A DNA stretch of 45,478 nucleotides from a virus. Lineage: Duplodnaviria > Heunggongvirae > Uroviricota > Caudoviricetes. The stretch lies in IMG/VR virus record IMGVR_UViG_2541047780_000004; one strand, given 5' to 3'. Shown here in pieces: positions 39,302-45,478 of the stretch. The notes under the pieces were generated by a model, which had not been told where the DNA came from, did no database searches, and was given only the letters and a program-made list of their open reading frames with translations. How positions within the stretch are numbered: position 1 is the first letter of the stretch; each line of letters begins with the position of its first letter. A program made the translations under genes and the position numbers.

Positions 39302-42300
39302 ATGGGTAAAGGCAGCAGTAAGGGGCATACCCCGCGCGAAGCGAAGGACAACCTGAAATCATCCCAGATGCTGAGCGTGATAGACGCCATCAGCGAAGGG
39401 CCGGTTGAAGGTCCGGTGGATGGATTAAAAAGCGTGCTGCTGAACAGTACGCCGGTGCTGGACAGTGAGGGGAATACCAATATATTCGGCGTCACGGTGG
39501 TGTTCCGGGCCGGTGAGCAGGAGCAGACACCGCCGGAGGGATTTGAATCCTCCGGCTCCGAGACGGTGCTCGGTACAGAAGTGAAATATGACACGCCGAT
39601 CACCCGGACCATCACGTCGGCAAACATTGACCGTCTGCGTTTTACTTTCGGCGTGCAGGCACTGGTGGAAACCACCTCAAAGGGGGACAGGAATCCATCG
39701 GAAGTCCGCCTGCTGGTTCAGATTCAACGTAACGGTGGCTGGGTGACGGAAAAAGACATCACCATTAAGGGCAAAACCACGTCGCAGTATCTGGCCTCGG
39801 TGGTGGTGGATAACCTGCCGCCGCGCCCGTTTAATATCCGGATGCGCAGGATGACGCCGGACAGCACCACAGACCAGTTGCAGAACAAAACGCTCTGGTC
39901 GTCATACACCGAAATCATCGATGTGAAACAGTGCTACCCGAACACGGCACTGGTCGGCGTACAGGTGGACTCGGAGCAGTTCGGCAGCCAGCAGGTGAGC
40001 CGTAATTATCATCTTCGCGGGCGCATTCTGCAGGTGCCGTCGAACTATAACCCGCAGACGCGGCAATACAGCGGTATCTGGGACGGAACGTTTAAGCCAG
40101 CATACAGCAACAACATGGCCTGGTGTCTGTGGGATATGCTGACCCATCCGCGCTACGGCATGGGGAAACGTCTTGGTGCGGCAGATGTGGATAAATGGGC
40201 GCTGTATGTCATCGGCCAGAATTGCGACCAGTCAGTGCCGGACGGCTTTGGCGGCACGGAGCCGCGCATCACCTGTAATGCGTACCTGACCACACAGCGC
40301 AAGGCGTGGGATGTGCTCAGTGATTTTTGCTCGGCGATGCGCTGTATGCCGGTATGGAACGGGCAGACGCTGACATTCGTGCAGGACCGACCGTCGGATA
40401 AGGTGTGGACCTATAACCGCAGTAATGTGGTGATGCCGGATGATGGCGCGCCGTTCCGCTACAGCTTCAGCGCCCTGAAAGACCGCCATAATGCCGTTGA
40501 GGTGAACTGGATTGACCCGGATAACGGCTGGGAGACGGCGACAGAGCTTGTGGAGGACACGCAGGCCATTGCCCGTTACGGTCGTAACGTCACGAAGATG
40601 GATGCCTTTGGCTGTACCAGCCGGGGGCAGGCACACCGCGCCGGGCTGTGGCTGATTAAAACGGAGCTGCTGGAAACGCAGACCGTGGACTTCAGCGTGG
40701 GTGCAGAAGGGCTTCGCCATGTACCGGGCGATGTCATTGAAATCTGTGATGATGACTATGCGGGGATCAGCATCGGCGGGCGCGTGCTGGCGGTGAACAA
40801 CCAGACGCGGACACTGACGCTCGACCGTGAAATCACGCTGCCATCCTCCGGCACCACGCTGATAAGCCTGGCTGACGGACAGGGGAATCCGGTCAGCGTG
40901 GAGGTCCAGTCCGTCACCGACGGCGTGAAGGTAAAAGTGAGCCGTGTTCCTGACGGCGTTGCAGAATACAGCGTGTGGGGGCTGAAGTTGCCAACGTTGC
41001 GCCAGCGCCTGTTCCGCTGTGTGAGTATCCGTGAGAACGATGACGGCACGTATGCCATCACTGCCGTGCAGCATGTACCGGAAAAAGAGGCCATCGTGGA
41101 TAACGGGGCGCACTTTGACGGCGACCAGAGCGGCACGGTGAATGGTGTCACGCCGCCAGCGGTGCAGCACCTGACTGCCGAAGTCACCGCAGACAGCGGG
41201 GAATATCAGGTGCTGGCGCGCTGGGACACGCCGAAGGTGGTGAAGGGGGTGAGCTTTATGCTTCGCCTGACCGTGGCAGCGGATGACGGCAGTGAGCGGC
41301 TGGTCAGCACGGCCCGGACGACGGAAACCACATACCGCTTCAGGCAACTGGCGCTGGGGAACTACAGGCTGACAGTCCGGGCGGTAAATGCGTGGGGGCA
41401 GCAGGGCGATCCGGCATCGGTATCGTTCCGGATTGCCGCACCGGCAGCGCCGTCGCAGATTGAGCTGACACCGGGGTATTTTCAGATAACCGCCACGCCG
41501 CATCTTGCGGTTTATGATCCGACGGTACAGTTTGAGTTCTGGTTCTCGGAAAAGCGGATTGCGGATATCAGGCAGGTTGAAACCACAGCACGCTATCTTG
41601 GCACGGCGCTGTACTGGATAGCCGCCAGTATCAATATCAAACCGGGCCATGATTATTATTTTTACATCCGCAGTGTGAACACCGTTGGCAAATCGGCATT
41701 TGTGGAGGCTGTTGGCCAGCCGAGTGATGATGCATCCGGCTATCTGAATTTTTTCAAAGGAGAGATAGGGAAAACCCATCTGGCTCAGGAGTTGTGGACG
41801 CAGATTGATAACGGTCAGCTTGCGCCTGACCTGGCTGAAATCAGGACGTCCATTACGGGTGTCAGCAATGAAATCACGCAGACCGTCAATAAGAAACTGG
41901 AAGACCAGAGTGCAGCGATCCAGCAGATACAGAAGGTTCAGGTTGATACAAATAATAACCTGAACAGCATGTGGGCTGTGAAGCTGCAGCAGATGCAGGA
42001 CGGACGCCTTTATATCGCGGGTATTGGTGCCGGTGTTGAGAATACTCCTGACGGTATGCAGAGTCAGGTGCTGCTGGCGGCGGACAGGATTGCGATGATT
42101 AATCCTGCGAATGGCAACACAAAGCCGATGTTTGTTGGGCAGGGCGATCAGATATTCATGAACGAAGTGTTCCTGAAATATCTGACGGCTCCCACCATTA
42201 CCAGCGGTGGCAATCCCCCAACGTTTTCACTGACACCTGATGGTCGACTTTCTGCGAAAAATGCGGATATCAGCGGTAACGTGAACGCGAACTCCGGGAC

Positions 42301-42778
42301 GCTCAACAACGTCACGATTAATCAGAACTGTCGGATTCTGGGAAAACTGTCAGCTAACCAGATTGAAGGTGATATTGTCAAAACGGTGGGAAAAGCCTTT
42401 CCGAGAAATGGCAGTTATGCCAGCGGTACAATAACGGTCACTGTGTACGATGACCAGGCTTTTGACCGTCAGATAGTAGTCCCCCCCGTTCTGTTTCGTG
42501 GGGGTAAGCATGAAAACTTCAACAGCAACAACCAACAGTCATACTGGTATTCAACCTGTAAGCTGCAGGTACTGAAGAACGGACAGGAAATCTTTCAGCA
42601 ACCCGCGACGGATGTCAGCAGGGTATTTTCATCAGTCATTGATATGCCTGCCGGACACGGCCATGTCACCCTGACTTTCAATGTTTCTTCATATGGTGCT
42701 AATAACTGGACGCCAACGACCAGTATCAGCGACCTTCTTGTTGTTGTGATGAAGAAATCTACAGCCGGTATCAGTTGA
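39302..42778 (+). CDS. J: Host specificity protein J (central tail fibre / tip attachment protein)
   Basis: 1158-aa product; the first about 1000 aa closely resemble lambda J as recalled; the C-terminal about 130 aa diverge. Confidence 0.95.
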   Translation: MGKGSSKGHTPREAKDNLKSSQMLSVIDAISEGPVEGPVDGLKSVLLNSTPVLDSEGNTNIFGVTVVFRAGEQEQTPPEGFESSGSETVLGTEVKYDTPITRTITSANIDRLRFTFGVQALVETTSKGDRNPSEVRLLVQIQRNGGWVTEKDITIKGKTTSQYLASVVVDNLPPRPFNIRMRRMTPDSTTDQLQNKTLWSSYTEIIDVKQCYPNTALVGVQVDSEQFGSQQVSRNYHLRGRILQVPSNYNPQTRQYSGIWDGTFKPAYSNNMAWCLWDMLTHPRYGMGKRLGAADVDKWALYVIGQNCDQSVPDGFGGTEPRITCNAYLTTQRKAWDVLSDFCSAMRCMPVWNGQTLTFVQDRPSDKVWTYNRSNVVMPDDGAPFRYSFSALKDRHNAVEVNWIDPDNGWETATELVEDTQAIARYGRNVTKMDAFGCTSRGQAHRAGLWLIKTELLETQTVDFSVGAEGLRHVPGDVIEICDDDYAGISIGGRVLAVNNQTRTLTLDREITLPSSGTTLISLADGQGNPVSVEVQSVTDGVKVKVSRVPDGVAEYSVWGLKLPTLRQRLFRCVSIRENDDGTYAITAVQHVPEKEAIVDNGAHFDGDQSGTVNGVTPPAVQHLTAEVTADSGEYQVLARWDTPKVVKGVSFMLRLTVAADDGSERLVSTARTTETTYRFRQLALGNYRLTVRAVNAWGQQGDPASVSFRIAAPAAPSQIELTPGYFQITATPHLAVYDPTVQFEFWFSEKRIADIRQVETTARYLGTALYWIAASINIKPGHDYYFYIRSVNTVGKSAFVEAVGQPSDDASGYLNFFKGEIGKTHLAQELWTQIDNGQLAPDLAEIRTSITGVSNEITQTVNKKLEDQSAAIQQIQKVQVDTNNNLNSMWAVKLQQMQDGRLYIAGIGAGVENTPDGMQSQVLLAADRIAMINPANGNTKPMFVGQGDQIFMNEVFLKYLTAPTITSGGNPPTFSLTPDGRLSAKNADISGNVNANSGTLNNVTINQNCRILGKLSANQIEGDIVKTVGKAFPRNGSYASGTITVTVYDDQAFDRQIVVPPVLFRGGKHENFNSNNQQSYWYSTCKLQVLKNGQEIFQQPATDVSRVFSSVIDMPAGHGHVTLTFNVSSYGANNWTPTTSISDLLVVVMKKSTAGIS

Positions 42779-42797
42779 ATTTTATAACCCAGATACG

Positions 42798-42822
42798 GGC
42801 GCCAGAAATGGCGCCTTTTTTA
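42798..42822 (+). terminator. Rho-independent terminator after J
   Basis: GGCGCC-AGAAAT-GGCGCC followed by TTTTTTATTT. Confidence 0.6.
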
Positions 42823-42836
42823 TTTGTGGAGTGAAT

Positions 42837-44897
42837 ATGGCAGTACAGATTTCAGGCGTGCTGAAAGACGGTGCAGGAAAACCGATACAGAACTGCACCA
42901 TTCAGCTCAAAGCAAAACGTAACAGCACCACGGTTGTGGTGAACACGGTGGCCTCAGAAAATCCGGATGAAGCCGGACGTTACAGCATGGATGTCGAGTA
43001 TGGCCAGTACAGCGTTATCCTGCTGGTTGAAGGTTTTCCGCCTTCACATGCCGGGGCCATCACCGTGTATGAGGATTCTAAGCCGGGGACATTGAATGAT
43101 TTTCTGGGCGCTGCAACAGAAGATGATGTTCGTCCGGAGGCACTGTATCGTTTTGAAAAGATGGTGGAAGAGGTGGCACGCAACGCTGAAGCCGCCTCTC
43201 AGAGCGCAGCGGCAGCAAAGAAATCAGAAACAGCAGCGGCATCGTCCAGGAATGCGGCGAAAACATCAGAGACGAATGCAGGTAACAGCGCGAAAGCGGC
43301 AGCTTCTTCAAAAACAGCCGCACAAAACGCAGCAACAGCGGCAGAACGTTCAGAGACAAATGCCCGTGCGTCAGAAGAAGCCTCCGCAGACAGTGAAGAG
43401 GCTTCCCGCCGTAATGCAGAGTCAGCCGCTGAAAATGCCGGAGTCGCCACCACAAAAGCGCGGGAGGCCGCAGCAGACGCAACAAAGGCCGGGCAGAAAA
43501 AGGATGAGGCTCTGTCGGCAGCGACACGGGCTGAAAAGGCGGCAGACCGCGCAGAAGTCGCAGCGGAAGTGACTGCAGAGCCCTATGCGAATATAGTGCC
43601 GCCGCTGCCTGATGTGTGGATACCGTTTAACGATTCACTGGATATGATTGCGGGTTTTTCTCCGGGCTATAAAAAAATAGCTATTGGTGACGATGTGGTT
43701 CAGGTCGCCAGTGATAAACAGGTTAATTTCAGTCGCGCATCAACGGCAACATATATCAACAAATCTGGCGAACTGAAAACGGCGGAAATTAATGAGCCGC
43801 GATTTGAGTGTGATGGCCTGCTTATTGAGGGACAAAGAACGAACTACATGCTCAATTCGGAAAGTCCAGCCAGCTGGGGGAAGTCATCAAACATGGATGT
43901 GCCCGAAACCGGGACAGATAGTTTTGGTTTTACTTATGGAAAGTTTGTCTGCAACGATTCTCTGGTTGGGCAAACTTCGGCTATTAATATGGCATCAATT
44001 GCTGCAACAAAGTCAGTTGATGTCTCAGGCGATAACAAGTACGTGACAACCTCATGCCGTTTTAAAACAGAACGACAGGTAAGGTTACGTATACGGTTTG
44101 ATAAGTATGATGGTAGTGCAACAACTTTTCTTGGCGATGCGTACATTGATACGCAAACGCTTGAAATTAATATGACAGGTGGGGCTGCCGGCAGAATTAC
44201 GGCACGAGTCAGGAAGGATAAGACCACAGGCTGGATTTTTGCAGAGGCAACGATTCAGGCAATTGATGGTGAGTTAAAAATAGGCTCTCAGATACAGTAT
44301 TCTCCTGAGCGGGGTGGGGCAACAGTATCTGGTGACTATATTTATCTTGCCACCCCACAAGTAGAGAATGGGCCGTGTGTATCATCATTTATTATTTCAG
44401 GAGGCAGCGCAACGACAAGAGCCAGTGATTTGGTTAGTATCCCCACCAGAAATAATCTTTATAAGTTACCATTTACTTTTTTACTTGAGATTCATAAAAA
44501 CTGGGATATTGCACCAAACGCCGCACCCCGCGTGTGGGATATAGCAGCAGCCAATACCGGGCAATCAGCAATTGCAGCAATCAACAGAGGTAGTGGTAAG
44601 TTATATATGAGTCTGTCAAACCCTTCAGGCTTGTATGTTAATAGCGCAGCGACAGATGTATTTGCAGAGAAAACCACATTTGGATGTATTGCAAAAGCTG
44701 ATGGTCACTTTCATGTGGTGACAAATGGTAAAGCGGTTAATGAAGTTTATTGTGAATATAATGGTGTGACCGCTGATAAAAATATCCGATTTGGAGGGCA
44801 GACGAATACTGGAGAACGACATCTGTTTGGCCATATTCGCAATTTCCGCATATGGCATAAAGAATTAAATGACAGGCAATTAAAAGAGGTCGTATGA
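42837..44897 (+). CDS. Side tail fibre protein (prophage tail-fibre N-terminal domain, Ala-rich repeat shaft, divergent C-terminal domain)
   Basis: ATG at 42837 five nt after GGAG (ORF-track start 42831 is GTG); N-terminus MAVQISGVLKDGAGKPIQNCTIQL is typical of lambdoid Stf proteins; central repeats (SETAAASSRNAAKTSETNAGNSAKAAASS...); C-terminal about 430 aa unassigned. Confidence 0.75.
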   Translation: MAVQISGVLKDGAGKPIQNCTIQLKAKRNSTTVVVNTVASENPDEAGRYSMDVEYGQYSVILLVEGFPPSHAGAITVYEDSKPGTLNDFLGAATEDDVRPEALYRFEKMVEEVARNAEAASQSAAAAKKSETAAASSRNAAKTSETNAGNSAKAAASSKTAAQNAATAAERSETNARASEEASADSEEASRRNAESAAENAGVATTKAREAAADATKAGQKKDEALSAATRAEKAADRAEVAAEVTAEPYANIVPPLPDVWIPFNDSLDMIAGFSPGYKKIAIGDDVVQVASDKQVNFSRASTATYINKSGELKTAEINEPRFECDGLLIEGQRTNYMLNSESPASWGKSSNMDVPETGTDSFGFTYGKFVCNDSLVGQTSAINMASIAATKSVDVSGDNKYVTTSCRFKTERQVRLRIRFDKYDGSATTFLGDAYIDTQTLEINMTGGAAGRITARVRKDKTTGWIFAEATIQAIDGELKIGSQIQYSPERGGATVSGDYIYLATPQVENGPCVSSFIISGGSATTRASDLVSIPTRNNLYKLPFTFLLEIHKNWDIAPNAAPRVWDIAAANTGQSAIAAINRGSGKLYMSLSNPSGLYVNSAATDVFAEKTTFGCIAKADGHFHVVTNGKAVNEVYCEYNGVTADKNIRFGGQTNTGERHLFGHIRNFRIWHKELNDRQLKEVV

Positions 44898-45172
44898 AAG
44901 ATTTAACTTTGAAGTTTCATGACAAACTGCAGTTTAAGGCCTTCCTGTCATCTCTTGACTGGGAGGAGGATGAAGACCTCCAGAATAAACTGTTAGTCGA
45001 TGAAATTGGTTTCACCTACACAGAAACAGGGGTAACAGAAGAGGGAGAACCTGTCTGTGTCCGGAATGACGGTTATTTTGTCAACATTCGCATTCTTGAT
45101 GACTTGTTTGATGTTTCTGTATTCTCTGATTATGTCGTGGAGCTGGAAACACCGCTTCGGGAATGGAGCTGA
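44894..45172 (+). CDS. Hypothetical acidic protein translationally coupled to the tail fibre gene
   Basis: ATG overlaps the stf stop (ATGA); 92 aa; no resemblance to Tfa-type fibre chaperones that I recognise. Confidence 0.5.
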   Translation: MKDLTLKFHDKLQFKAFLSSLDWEEDEDLQNKLLVDEIGFTYTETGVTEEGEPVCVRNDGYFVNIRILDDLFDVSVFSDYVVELETPLREWS

Positions 45173-45184
45173 AAGGAGGAAATA

Positions 45185-45478
45185 ATGGATATAAGCCCCT
45201 TACTTCATGCGCTTTGTGCTGTGGCTGCGCAGATACTGGTTGGTCTTTTTACCGGAAACTGGGCTTACGGAGCGATAGCCGGTTGTACGTTCTTCATTGC
45301 GCGTGAACATACCCAGGCAGAATATCGCTGGATTGAAATGTTCGGGCATGGCAAGCGAATGAATATGCCGTGGTGGGGCGGTTTTGATCCGCGAGCTTGG
45401 GATGTGGCAAGCCTGATGGATTTTGCTGTGCCGGTGGTGGCGTGTCTGCTGGTCTGGCTGTTGGTTAATCGTGGGTGA
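45185..45478 (+). CDS. Hypothetical small membrane protein
   Basis: 97-aa ORF with AAAGGAGGA RBS; two or three predicted hydrophobic segments; stop at the window end. Confidence 0.5.
   Translation: MDISPLLHALCAVAAQILVGLFTGNWAYGAIAGCTFFIAREHTQAEYRWIEMFGHGKRMNMPWWGGFDPRAWDVASLMDFAVPVVACLLVWLLVNRG

Noticed and set aside
40232-41779. 515-aa ORF on the minus strand
   Set aside because: Lies entirely antisense within the J gene, which has strong lambda J similarity; the product is Arg/Cys-rich low-complexity sequence typical of antisense frames in GC-rich DNA.
43078-43572. Several overlapping ORFs on both strands (43078..43527, 43096..43572, 43199..43453)
   Set aside because: All fall in the Ala-rich repeat region of the tail fibre gene; repetitive GC-rich codons keep alternative frames open.

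Overview
The window is most of a lambdoid prophage, running from the integrase to the side tail fibre, and it is a mosaic that is probably defective. Reading left to right: int and xis, then a tightly packed minus-strand early-left accessory operon (Ea22-like, TraR-like and several unknown small proteins) with no recognisable Red (exo/bet/gam), N, cIII or kil genes. An IS911 copy (IS3 family) sits beside the immunity region with no target-site duplication and with truncated flanking ORFs. The immunity region has a CI-type S24 repressor, cro and cII, followed by lambda-type O (with ori iterons), P and ren, then a nin region (ninB, an adenine methyltransferase, ninE, ninF-like, rusA, a ylcG-like small ORF) and a Q antiterminator. 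An intact nmpC-type porin gene lies in reverse orientation between Q and a phage-21-type lysis cassette (pinholin, SAR endolysin, Rz with embedded Rz1), followed by bor and a lipoprotein with a TonB C-terminal-like domain. After cos comes a lambda-like head and tail gene set (Nu1 through J). The tape-measure gene H is split by a 5.5-kb insertion of two tandem IS66-family elements flanked by an 8-bp direct repeat. The window ends with a divergent side tail fibre and two small unknown ORFs. No CRISPR array, tRNA or rRNA was seen. I found no complete, obviously novel multi-gene system; the best candidates for follow-up are the TonB-like lipoprotein, the tail-fibre-distal ORFs, the early-left accessory genes with a recurring motif, and the truncated gene at the rex position. 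All homology statements come from reading the translations and recalling protein families, not from database searches, and several start codons were chosen by me from RBS and overlap context.
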